From contig OZ320320.1 of the NCBI GenBank assembly GCA_976226885.1, forward strand, positions 88,288,001-88,352,000: DNA of 64,000 nucleotides. The letters are read 5' to 3'. Position numbers and translations under genes: made by a program. Origin of the DNA: Iphione sp. A-MEVVRFRX5 (taxonomy: Eukaryota). Positions 50,335-62,399 of this stretch are shown one piece after another. Positions within the stretch are counted from its first letter, which is position 1, and every line of letters starts with the position of its first letter. A model generated the notes under the pieces. It did not search any database, had not been told where the DNA came from, and was given only the letters and a program-made list of their open reading frames with translations.

Positions 50335-50940
50335 AATAAACTGCTACCTCAATGTACACATATGTGTCTAACGTGTGTGACGTTGATGTAGATGTAAATA
50401 TTCTGGTACCTCATACACGTACACATCTAACGTGTGTGAGGTTGATGTAGGTGTAAATAAACTGCTACCTCAATGTACACGTACATATCTAACATGTGTA
50501 ACGTTGATGTAGTTGTGAACAAACTGGTACCTCAATGTACACTTACACGTCTAACGTGTGACGTTGATGTGGATGTGAATAAACTGCTACCTCAATGTAC
50601 ACGTACATGTCTAACATGTGTAACGTTGATGTAGATGTGAACAAACTGGTACCTCAATGTACACTTACACGTCTAACGTGTGACGTTGATGTGGATGTGA
50701 ATAAACTGCTACCTCAATGTACACGTACATGTCTAAAATGTGTAACGTTGATGTAGATGTGAATAAACTGCTACCTCAATGTACACGTACATGTCTAACA
50801 TGTGTAACGGTGATGTAGATGTGAATAAACTGGTACCTCAATGTACACTCACACCTCTAACATGTGTAACGTTGATGTAGATGTGAACAAACAGGTACCT
50901 CAATGTACACTTACACGTCTAACGTGTGACATTGATGTGG
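50335..50940. repeat. ~60-bp minisatellite, about 10 copies
   Basis: Unit aataaactgctacctcaatgtacacgtacatgtctaacatgtgtaacgttgatgtagatgtg. Confidence 0.95.
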
Positions 50941-51569
50941 ATGGGAGCGGCTGGCTCATCAGTTCGGCTCGAGGGCCTGTCAAATATGCCGGCCCCCTGC
51001 AACCCTCATCATGTGCTAATGAGGCTCCTAAAAGGGGCCAATCTCTGGGTAGAGTGTAGTTAATGCTCTGCGGCGGGTTTAACAGTACCTGTGAACTCCC
51101 CCCTGGTCTTTAAATAACTGTATATATATATATATATATATAAAGGGATGATTTTGTTTCATCCTGATTCCATAGAACTTATTAATGTATTCAATGAAGT
51201 TCTTATATCCAAGAAAACCCAATATCAAAAGCGAAATTCAGGCCAGAGAGAAGACGCCATGGCTACTGGGAGCAGGTGGGAATAGTGACAGGGTGCAAGT
51301 CCAATTGGGACGCAGCCATAATTGAACCCATTTTTTTTACTTTAACAACTTATGTAGGATATTTACCGTGTAGTCTATTGTATTTTGCCAATACATATCG
51401 ACGTTGTACGTATGTAGTAGAGTGGGGACTGTACCATAACCAAGTGGAATGACAGTGACCTTTTTATTTTTTATATTTCCTATTTCTATATTTCAACTTT
51501 CCTTCTTTTAATCTTGCACTTACTGTCACCTGTGGCTGTTCTGTTTCTGCCTCTGCTTACCTATCCATC

Positions 51570-52130
51570 TCAGGCTGTCTTCTGGCCTGTCTGTCTGTCT
51601 GTCTGTATGTGTCTATGTGTCCATAACTCCATTTCTCTCTGTCCCCAGATCTGTTCTGATGTCTGCATGTCTAGGTGCCTGCATGTCTCTCTGTCTGTCT
51701 CCGTCTCTCCCCATCTGTCTGTCCCTGGTTCTGATTGGTCTGTCTGTCTATGTGGCTGCCTGTCTCTCTGTCTCTGTGTCCATCTGTCCCCATCTGTCTG
51801 TCCCTGGTTCTGATTGGTCTGTCTGTCTATGTGTCCATCTCCACCCATCTGTCTGTCCCTGGTTCTGATTGGTCTGTCTGTCTATGTGGCTGCCTGTCTC
51901 TCTGTCTCTGTCTCCGTCTCTCCCCATCTATCTGTCCTGGTTCTGATTGGTCTGTCTGTCTATGTGGCTGCCTGTCTCTCTGTCTCTGTGTCCATCTGTC
52001 CCCATCTGTCTGTCCCTGGTTCTGATTGGTCTGTCTGTCTGTCTATGTGTCCATCTCTCCCTATCTGTCTGACCCTGGTTCTGATCGGTCTGTCTGTACA
52101 CGTGGCTGCCTGTCTCTCTCCCTGTCTATG
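51570..52130. repeat. CT/GT-rich minisatellite with variable-length units
   Basis: ccatctgtctgtccctggttctgattggtctgtctgtctatgtg recurs about 7 times. Confidence 0.9.
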
Positions 52131-53499
52131 TACCTCTCCTTCTTCATGGGGTGCCATGTCCTTTCCGATCAGAGTTTGTGCTTCATGCTTGGCTGGCTGG
52201 GTATATTTAGCAGCAGCCGTTCTGCTGGCAGGTATGCAGCAGTGGCGTGGGGCAGTGACATATCGTGTATAAATCCAGGCTACCCGCCACACCACAGCCA
52301 TCCTGAGGGCTGCTGGCTAGCGCCCCTACTCCCCGACTCCACCTGCTGGAAGAAGCCCCTCTTCTCCCATCTTCACTGCCGAGAGCCTACCACTCAAGGA
52401 CAGCGTCCAGATCAAGCAGCTACAGAGACTGAGGAGTCCCTGCTGATCCAAACCTTCACTTCATTTTACCTGCCAGGTAGGTCCAGTCCATCTCACACAC
52501 TCACACACTCACTAACTTACTCACACACTCTTTCACACTCACACACAGGGCCTCACAACTGGGAACTCATTCAACAGGAAGGACTTCCTATCTTTGCCGT
52601 TGCTGGTATAGCCCAGCTGGTCTGTGGCCACCCCTTACACGGGGAGACCTTCACCGGGAGCCATGGAGAGGGGCACTGTGGTCTTCACATCGCCCTGCAG
52701 TAGATGATGGGACGCTCCATCACAACCCCCGGTACGTGCAGAGAACGACCACCGAGAACTCCTGCCCTCTACCAGTTTCTCTTCTCTCCTCTGGAGCTCT
52801 TTCTGTCTCTCTCTATTTAGATTCCTGTTTCCCTCTCTCTCTCTCTCACCCTGACCGTTCTCCCATGTGTCTGCTTAACACTTCTTACTATCCTATTTTT
52901 ACATATCTCCAGAAGCCGTTACAACCGTTTGTGATTTCATAAAAGAGAATCCACCAATCAGCTTCCTAATTTTCGAGACATTGTCTGAAGAAGTGGTAAA
53001 CATAAGTGTTCTAACGGGTTCATTCTACTGCTGGCAATTCGTCCATACAAGGTTAACAGTAGCTCAAAGTTCATCACTCTATCTCTAACACATATAAGAC
53101 AGTAGGGGTGAAATAGTCATGCTGTAAAGGTTGTTATCTTCAGGGGAGTATATATAACATGGGTTTACCATGCATGGTAGACCTGACCTATTTATACCCC
53201 GGAGATTGGCTAATACGCCGGTTAATGTACGTGATCTATTAGCTCCATAATCAGCAGTATGTGGATTATCATTCCACCAGTTCAGCCGGATACCGCGGTA
53301 TTTGGGGTATCGAATGGTGCATTCGTCAGACATTATACATCATCTGTATATTACTTTACAAATCTAAAAGGTTGAATATACGTCAATTATAAAGCCTTGT
53401 ATTTGATTGTCAAGATATAGAGAATCTCCATATCATAAGAAAATACCACAGTGGTTCGCACTGCATGGTGGACATGAGCAACTTATAAATTTAAGCCAA

Positions 53500-54330
53500 C
53501 ATCCATTACCTCCCTGCATTCCAGACTACGCCCCCACAACACCCTCTACCTCCAAACACTACCCATTACCTCCCTGCATTCCAGACCACACCCCCACAAC
53601 ACCTTCTTCCTCCTAACACTACCCATTACCTCCCTGCATTCCAGACCACGCCCCCATAACACCCTCCATCTCATAACACTACCCATAACCTACCTGTATT
53701 CTACACTACGTGCCCACAACACACTCTACCTCCAAACACTACCCATTACCTCCCTGCATTCTACACTATGTGCCCACAACACCCTCTACCTCCAAACACT
53801 ACCCATTACCTCCCTGCATTCCAGACCACACCCCCACAACACCTTCTTCCTCCTAACACTACCCATTACCTCCCTGCATTCCAGACCACGCCCCCATAAC
53901 ACCCTCCATCTCATAACACTACCCATAACCTACCTGTATTCTACACTACGTGCCCACAACACACTCTACCTCCAAACACTACCCATTACCTCCCTGCATT
54001 CTACACTATGTGCCCACAACACACTCTACCTCCAAACACTACCCATTGCCTCCCTGCATTCTACACTACGCCCGCATAACATCCTCTACCTCCTCACACT
54101 ACTGAATAGCACCCAGCATTCTATAATATGTCCCTATAACACCCTCTCCCTCCTTACATTACCCATTGCCTCCCTGCATTCAAGACTACGCCCCCACTAC
54201 ACCCTCTACCTTCTAATACTACCCATCATCTGCCCACATTAAAGGGTACGTCCTCACAACACCCTGTATCTCCTAATACTACCCACTACCTCCCCACAAA
54301 GCACCCTCTCCCTCCTAACACAGTACCTGT
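53500..54330. repeat. 60-bp minisatellite (~14 copies) with a 240-bp higher-order duplication
   Basis: Unit acccattacctccctgcattccagactacgcccccacaacaccctctacctccaaacact; 53581-53820 recurs at 53821-54060. Confidence 0.95.
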
Positions 54331-56904
54331 TACCTCCTAACATCCTCACAACACCCCACAACAACCACAACCTCCCAACCTGTGTGACAGCGAGATTAAC
54401 ATACCCTTCTGGGGAAGGCAGCCAAGCTTGGTGCAGCACTCACTATAAACAATGGATCTGGTCAGTTCTGTTCTGATTATGTCAACAAATGAAGCCATTA
54501 CTATTACCTCATGTGATATACATGTACTATTAAAATGACCTGCTATTTGCACTCATTACCTCACTACAGTACCCCACTATTCCCTTACATAATCCTCCAA
54601 CCCTAAGAACACCCATAACTTCTACATCCTAACAGTATCCACCACCTTCCTAAACTACCCACTACCCCCCCCCCCCCACAATAGCTTCTATCTCCAGACA
54701 CCAGCCATTATCTCCCTACAATACTCACTAACCCCCCTGCCCTCCACACTATTCTCCATCTCCTAACACTACCCACTTCATAACCAGTAGTACTTGGAGG
54801 GGAAAGTATAATTGTATTCAGGTATATAACAAGCATAGACTCTTTGTGATACCAACATCTGGGTTCAAAGGAATTTTACGAGTTGAGTTCCAACATTTGT
54901 CGAGGAAGTCCAGTATGACACAATTAAGTTCTTACAAGAAAATGAAATAGCATCCAGTGGAATCTCTATTTCCAGCCACTCTAATGTGCGACAATTCTCT
55001 ATTTGAGACCAGCTGGAGTGGAGACAGAAGTCTTGATTTCTTATATTAACAGTAACCTATTTGAAACCAAACACACTAATAAGACTACGTCAGTTCGGAT
55101 GGTGGCAAATAGGGTTTCTACTGTTATTCTTCTACACATGCAGCGGTCCACTACCAAGTGCAGGGGGTCAGTGAGTAGTTCACCTGTGTAACCTATCCTG
55201 ATAACCCTATGATAATTTAATACATGCAGAACAAATTGTATTAGATCTCTCATGCCAACAAAAGCAATAGCCTTGAAATAATTGTATATATTATCCTTGT
55301 AATAAACATTTTCCATTTCCGTTTAGATATTTGCACTTAGCTGGGATATGAAACCCATATCATCTTGATTAGACTGTTGCTTTCCGGCTTTTGTTTTGCT
55401 CATTGGTCAGGTCCCGGATAGTTGATGTTGATACCTGAACCCTCAGATGTGGTCCGTTCCTTAGGCAGACAATTGATCTATTTGTAGTTGCTTCTGGTTA
55501 GAAACAATCACAAACAAAAAACTCGTTTCAAACAGAGGAATGTTCTCCCTGTCGGATTGTTACCACATTTACCTATTTATTTGGACAATATGATGGTTGA
55601 TTTTTATCCTTTTCTATCCTTGTATGATTATCATTGAATTAACTTGATTACAACTTTTTCCTTCTCACTGTTGAGAATACATATTTATGACTATGTAAAT
55701 AGACAAAATGGATATGGTGTGCTCGGATGAGGCCAAAGATGAGAACCAAGAATCCCAAACAAGGCTACAAAGCTGACATCGGTATCAAATTGGTACCTGA
55801 CTGAGTCTTTGGCCTCATCTAGGCTCATCATACTCGGTTTGTCTTTACTCCATCCCCGAATAATGAATTAAATCCGTTTTAAACTGTCCCTACCTCAGTT
55901 GAAAAAACAACTGCCCGCTGCCATCTTGTCTGCTTGCCTCTGGGAATATATTCTAGGTTCAAAGCTATAATTTGAATACTCGGTTGAATAACTATACAAA
56001 ATGACTGGAGAAATCGAATCCGGGGATAATTATGCATATTTACAAATTGTTAATTGAAAACTCTATTGTTTATGGCAGGTTAAAAAGGAATTTATGCATA
56101 CAATAGGCAATATTAATTTCAAGGTCACTGAACCACGGATTCCTGCTCCCACAAAAAGTGATATATGAGCAAAACATGAACATATCAAGTGATTAAAGCA
56201 TTCAAGGTATTTTTGATATTCAAAAGCATAATAACTAGATTAATTCATGTGCACAGATAGCTTCTGTTTAGTTCCGGAAATTCTGAGTTGAGATGGTCCA
56301 CCATTTTGTTTGAGTATACGAACATGCACTTGATCAGGCAGACAAATTTTCCTTAACCCCCGCCCCCCCCGAGTAGGCAACCTTACTGCATCCCAGCATA
56401 GGGCTCGAGGCTAGAGCAAACGTGAAGGATATCTGTTGACATTATACTTTGAATGAAATCATTCATGACAGAAGTGTTTCCACACTTTTAAAAACGCCCT
56501 TTCAGGTCAACAGGCTTGGAAATAACATATTTTTCTATTCTATTCCACCCTACTGAAACCTTTCCTCCCAGAATTGTTTTTTCGATATTTTGGGAACCAA
56601 TTTAGTGTTTTCACGCGTTTCTTTGATGGGGTCTGACCTTTTATTTAATACTAGTGTTATTACGATTTAACCAGTAGAAAATGGACGCTGGTAGTTGCAG
56701 ACCAGCTTATACAGCTGTGTGCGTTTTCCGTCCCCAAAACAATAATTTTCCGTATTTTTCAGATTCAGAAAAAAATTATTTCCTACTGTTCAACATGACA
56801 ATGACAATAGAAAATGGAAAGGAAACGCCTGATGAATCAATATTCAGTCATATATTTTAAGAGCTTATTAAAAACCTTTTTTCTTTTCTAGGTGAAGGAG
56901 AATT

Positions 56905-59292
56905 ATGGCCAGTCAGCAGCTAATGTGTGTGTGGCAAGCAGTCTATGCCACGGACCCTACAATCGACAAGCTTGAGGTGTTCTATGATACTGTCAAAAAA
57001 GTCACAGCAACATTTTCTGATATTCCTGGGGTCACATTCTCACCAGAAGCATATGATGATTTTTATCCTGAAAAAGATGTCAATTTCACGCAATATGTTC
57101 AGTACACACACAAGCTGCTCATACCTAGTGAAGAGGACTACAAGGAGGTGACTGATGCTATTGAACTCCATTGTTGGCAAATCGCAAAGAAGTATTATAA
57201 GCTGAGGAATTATGGTGTGAAAGAAGAGCAAGCTGAGATGATGTGGAGGGTATTCAATCGCATCTGTGAACCAAAGGGTGTGCCTCCTAAGCTGGAGGTG
57301 AAAGATGCTGACTGGCTCATTGGGAAGATCTGTGCCAATCTGGGACAGGAATGGAAACCAGGCAGCATTCCCCAGAAGCTCCCCTATTGGGACCTGATGA
57401 CAGTCCTGAGTGATAAGTGCTTCAAAAAGGCAAATCAACTGGCTGTCCGCAGAGCAATCAGGCGTCTACATTCATGGCTGGTTGAGGAAGTCCACAAGAC
57501 AGGCTGGCTGTTTAAGAGAACACAGCATAAGGCCAATTGGACACCTTGGCGGAAGCGTTGGGTGGTGCTCACACCAGAAATCTTAGGCTGTTATAATTCT
57601 CGAAGGAAGGAACGATTAACTGGTGAGCTAGACATGGGCCCCATAGCAAAGGTTAAGGAGGTGCAATCCCCTGGAAATCGTTATCCTGCACGTCTTAGGG
57701 TCACTGGTGAACAACAGAGAGTGTTTGAGCTGTCTTGTGGTGATGACAAGAAGAAGGGTGATTGGATGGCTGCCCTGAATGAAATTATCGAAACAGCCAA
57801 TGAGGGAACCACTCCAATACGTGCCATGCTCCAAGAGAGGGAAGAAATGAAGAAGAAGGGCAAGGATGCCTCCATCACTGATGCTGCTAAGACAGGCAGT
57901 TCCACGGCAAGTAAGGTAACCATACAGAAAGATGAGGACTCAGACCCTGATGATGATGATGAGCCTGAGACCATTCTCATGACACCAGTGGATGACAATG
58001 ATGATCCCAATGTAAAGGAGCGCCTTGACAAGATCCGAGCAGTTTTTGACCAGATTGATATCAATGGAAATGGAAACATCGACCTGGAGGAATTTAAGAA
58101 GTTCATGAAAGGCATGGGTCTCAGCATGACAGCTGCTGAGATTGAAACCACCTTCTATGGCATTGACACAAGTGGTAATAAAGTGGTTACTCTTGATGAG
58201 TTCTCAAAATACTTCATGGAGACGGTGATGGATGATGGGACCAGCCAAAAACCGGGAGATTCCCGCATGCAAGCTGCCTTCCTACAGGCTGACAAGGATG
58301 GCACTGGAAGTGTTGATTTTCAAGAGTTTACAGAGTACATCTGGGAGAAGAAGGGTGCAGCTCGCATGGGTAACCTGGTGGAAGCTTTCAAGAAACTCTC
58401 TAAGGGATCTAAATCAATATCTGCCAAGGAGTTCCAAAAGTTTTTGGGAGAAGATAATGAACTGTCAAAAATCATCAAATCAGAGAAAAAGAAGAAGAAA
58501 AGTAAAGATCAAAAGCAAATAGCAGGAAAGCTGAAGAATATGTATGATACAGCTGATTCCTCCGAGTTGGCAGGATTTTTAGAAGACAGATGGAAGGCTT
58601 GGTCTAACTTCAAGCGTAAAGATAAAGATGGAAACATAATCATGACGGGAAATAAAAATATGGTAGCATCAATTATGCCTGGGGAGTATAGTATGGTAGA
58701 TCTGGCTTGCTGGAGTGATGTTCCTCCGATCAAGCCGGCTCATGCTGTCTTCAATGCTCGATGGATTTCAGGGAAAAAGCCAGGACAACTGGGAGACCTC
58801 ATCTTCCCTCATGATACAATCACCAAGGTGCCTATTGAGGTGGCCACTACTGAATTCCTTCGCTACTATGGTGCCTGCATTGCCAACAACTCAGCAGTGG
58901 ATGTCTCACTCACTATTCGTAATGGGATTCAAGACTTCACATATGAGAATGGCTACTTGGATAAATATGTTAAGGGGGTTTGTGGGGGTGGTACCCTTGA
59001 AGTTCACCCATTCCCCCACATTGATTGTCCATTTGTGCGGGATAGTGGCTTATTCATGGTGGGGAGGTTTTTCGATGAAGAAATGCATATCACAGCATTC
59101 AAGGTCCCTCTACGCCATAGTCTCTACAGTCCACCATGGACCATGCACATAAATGATTACCTGAAGGGAACCTGGCGTACACTGTTTTCTGGGGAAGTTC
59201 CACCTGATGCTGTTCGTCTCATGAAGCAAAAAACCAAAGGTGATGACACCAATCTGCAGCCATTTGCCTTTGAGTTTTACCACCCAGAATGA
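56905..59292 (+). CDS. SWAP-70/DEF6-family protein with unusual architecture: SWAP70 N-domain, PH, acidic linker, 3-4 EF-hands, cupin-like C-terminal domain (795 aa, single coding exon)
   Basis: Colinear motifs vs SWAP-70 (CWQIAKK, EEQAEMMWRVFN, LIGKICANLGQEW, EVHKTGWLFKR...WRKRWVVL, FELSCGDDKKKGDW); EF loops DINGNGNIDLEE, DTSGNKVVTLDE and DKDGTGSVDFQE; ttttcttttctAG acceptor 13 nt before the ATG with an in-frame TGA (5' UTR intron). Confidence 0.9.
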   Translation: MASQQLMCVWQAVYATDPTIDKLEVFYDTVKKVTATFSDIPGVTFSPEAYDDFYPEKDVNFTQYVQYTHKLLIPSEEDYKEVTDAIELHCWQIAKKYYKLRNYGVKEEQAEMMWRVFNRICEPKGVPPKLEVKDADWLIGKICANLGQEWKPGSIPQKLPYWDLMTVLSDKCFKKANQLAVRRAIRRLHSWLVEEVHKTGWLFKRTQHKANWTPWRKRWVVLTPEILGCYNSRRKERLTGELDMGPIAKVKEVQSPGNRYPARLRVTGEQQRVFELSCGDDKKKGDWMAALNEIIETANEGTTPIRAMLQEREEMKKKGKDASITDAAKTGSSTASKVTIQKDEDSDPDDDDEPETILMTPVDDNDDPNVKERLDKIRAVFDQIDINGNGNIDLEEFKKFMKGMGLSMTAAEIETTFYGIDTSGNKVVTLDEFSKYFMETVMDDGTSQKPGDSRMQAAFLQADKDGTGSVDFQEFTEYIWEKKGAARMGNLVEAFKKLSKGSKSISAKEFQKFLGEDNELSKIIKSEKKKKKSKDQKQIAGKLKNMYDTADSSELAGFLEDRWKAWSNFKRKDKDGNIIMTGNKNMVASIMPGEYSMVDLACWSDVPPIKPAHAVFNARWISGKKPGQLGDLIFPHDTITKVPIEVATTEFLRYYGACIANNSAVDVSLTIRNGIQDFTYENGYLDKYVKGVCGGGTLEVHPFPHIDCPFVRDSGLFMVGRFFDEEMHITAFKVPLRHSLYSPPWTMHINDYLKGTWRTLFSGEVPPDAVRLMKQKTKGDDTNLQPFAFEFYHPE

Positions 59293-62200
59293 GCCACCTG
59301 ACCAATTAGCTCTATGAACTAAACCCCTATGCATCATGAGATTTCCCCCTTTGTGATAATGCTTTCTCCACATATGCAGCATTATGAAAATTTGCTTTGT
59401 ACACAACAAAAGATACTGTGGACTGGATTGCATATCACTGCACATGTACCAATGAATACTACGGGAAATGAAGTTTATACATGAACTGCAAGTGAGGTGA
59501 GACACAGGCTAACAGACCAACCTCTATCGCAGGATGGACTCATTCTCCGAGTACAGGAGCTTGTCTCATAGACACATGTATTACCTCCTATTCTCCAAAA
59601 CGTTCACTTCAAATCACTTACGAATTGATTTAGCAGGCAAGGTATCTATAGAAAATTAAACACTTGACTAGTTTCCTTCACGTACAGAACAATTTCTACT
59701 CAGCTCGTTCCAAGTGTAGATGACTGCCATGTCTAACTATATGTTATACATCTAACTATATATGGAGCTATATATTATTGGCCTGCTTATGGCTTTCCTG
59801 TTTCTCATCTAGGGATTCATGTTTTTTCAGGTTTGTTTTGAATTCTTAGTTATTTTCCAATATAAACTGACTGTATGTAAACCTCATATGCATGCACAGC
59901 TTCACGTCTTCCATCCTGCATGTTGATTCTATTCCATCAGACTGAAGCCAGCTACACCATCATAATACTATAACTTCATGCTAATAATAGCACATCGAGG
60001 GTAACAGTGACACTCTAGGAAATGCTGTAGTGGACAATGATTACAGCTTCTCCAGTCACCATTGGTGTTCACATGTTTCACTATGGACTTGACTGGGATG
60101 ATCTGGAAGTGATTCTGCTTGCTCTACTGCAGCTGACACAGAGAGGCTTCATTAGAATCACGTGGAGAACTATCATTAGCCCATGAAGAAGCTGAACTAT
60201 AACATTCCTTACATTATTGTACTATTACAATTGTGTCGATGGGTCTAGGTGTTATGCTTCATTAACAGAAAATAGTTGTTAGTGTTAATTCGCGCTGAGG
60301 GTTCCAATAAAGTTTGAAAAATGAATTTGGGTCTCATGCTTCCTTTGGACAGAGTCAGATAAAAAAATGTGAGATATAGGTATACAGGACAGATATAAGA
60401 GAAGAGCATGTAGAGGTCACTTGTGTAACTAAAACAAAGTAAAACATACATTTCAACTGGTATAGGAAATAACTGACCAAAACATGGATTTACTGGAGGA
60501 AAACGAAAAAAATTAAAACTTTTCAACAATCGGAAGCCTTAGGATACATGCGCTTCACCCGTAGGATGTTTCTTTCAATCTAACTTGGTTGAAGCAGGTA
60601 AAAGCCAATACCTGTGTTTATCAGGTTTCCTTTGAACTGACTTAAATATAGGAATCACCAAGAAAACATCTTGTCGGTATCTATTAGAATGGGTCAACTC
60701 CCAAAGAAGTTAGTCCACTGAGAATTGCTGAAAGTGGTGTTTCTTTCATAGCAATGGGGGTCCTACTTTCCGATTCAGAAGGTGTGGTTGTTCCTATGTT
60801 TTTTTCCCGGTCGGATAACCTTAGTGTATGGTTGCTTCGGAGCTCATGAGGCAACTCCGGTGTAAACACATGACTTCATTGTAGTTGTGTAATTGGAGGC
60901 ACAGTGGGCCTGTGCTTCCCGAATGGGGCTGGTTTCACCTCAAATCCTTTGGAAACATAGATCATTCAGAGATGGAACCCACCTCTACCAGGCACACCTG
61001 CATCGCCTGGTCGGCAAAACTGACATAAAAGTAAAGTATTGGTGAATTTTCATATGCTAGTAATGATGTATTAAATGATTAAAATGGAGCTATGGACTTG
61101 GACGTCATTTCTTTAGACGATATCATTGCATATAAGTGAATTAGTTTGAAAATGACAGAAATTAATTGTATAAAAATCAATCAGCACATTTAAAACCGCA
61201 CATATAACAACATCAATATCACAGTCACAGTCTCATCAAGATCAACAATTACGATCTTTCAAGTGGGTCCGAAAAAGGTTCTTTAACGTTTTCCATACTT
61301 TGTATGTTGATTTTTCAGCCTGGCCTGTCTGGAGGAGATTAAAGCCTCCTTATTGTTTCATCTTCCCAGGACCTGATTGCTACCTCCATGCTGTTCCTAT
61401 AATATTCGAGACAGGTTTAGGTCTAGGTTCTTTCTAAGGCTCAGGCTAAGGCTTCTACTTAGTGTCAGGGACCACAGGTAGTAAGGTCCAAGATGGGATT
61501 TGTGGATAAATTACCTGTGGTCTAGGCATATCTATTCACACTGGTCTAGTTCTCTGCTGTCTGAGTCTCTCCGGGGAATCTTTGCAATAATTCTCTTGGG
61601 TCTGACAGCGGGGCCTCCTCCTCTGGATCCTCGTCAGTCCGCAGCTCATAAAGGCTCTGTGTGTGGCCCCAACAGTCATATTAAATGATACAGGTGACTA
61701 GCTGACACAGGAGACCAGCACTTACTGGTCATGCAAATGGCCATCCTCACGTCAACAGTGGATGGCTTCACAGCGACGGATATGTTTCAGAAGCTTCTTT
61801 ATGGAAAATTTGCAATTCGATATCCCAAAGAATGCCGTGGCAGATTCAGGATTGGGAGATAAAACAAGATCCTGGCTCCAATTAGGATGACATGATTCAG
61901 GAATTGGGTGAATTCATGCAGAGCCTTCCACAGGGAAGGTGGGGACCCAAACTGACGAGAAATCTTCCAGCTCACAGAGAATGTCTGTCCCAGAAGAACC
62001 TAAGACACAGTCATTTCAGACTGATCCAGCCAGAGTGCTATGACAGAAAAGGGGGGCTGGAAAGTGGAGCATTCGGTGAGAGTAGAAGTCTTGGTGTAGA
62101 TAGAGGTCTGGTCTGCTCGCAGCTCCTTACTGAGCTGGTGGGAGCTAGCTGCTTACATATTGCTAAGGTTCTCCCCACCAGCCAAACCTGGGTTACGGCT

Positions 62201-62399
62201 TCAAGAATAGGTTTGAGGTCTTAGGTCAGGAGTGAGGGTTTGTGTCAGAGCTACGGCTGGTCCCAAGATCTGTGGTAAGGATCGGCTTCAAGGTTGGTAT
62301 CTAAGCTAGAGCAAGTCATGGGGTAGAGTTCATGAAGGAGCAGGTCAACCAAATGGTCGAGGCTCTAGTTGGGAAGGTGGTGGAGCATGAAATATAGTG

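Noticed and set aside
51514-52703. Cys/Leu/Val-rich ORFs
   Set aside because: Products of the CT/GT minisatellite.
48021-54330. Regularly spaced repeats as CRISPR-like arrays
   Set aside because: Head-to-tail tandem units with no unique spacers, no cas genes, and a eukaryotic context.
54800-55320. Possible decayed transposase-like coding segment
   Set aside because: Stops in all frames and no motif I can assign.
60540-61020. THAP-like or transposon remnant on the minus strand (FPKD-like word)
   Set aside because: Too degenerate; the C2CH signature cannot be assembled.
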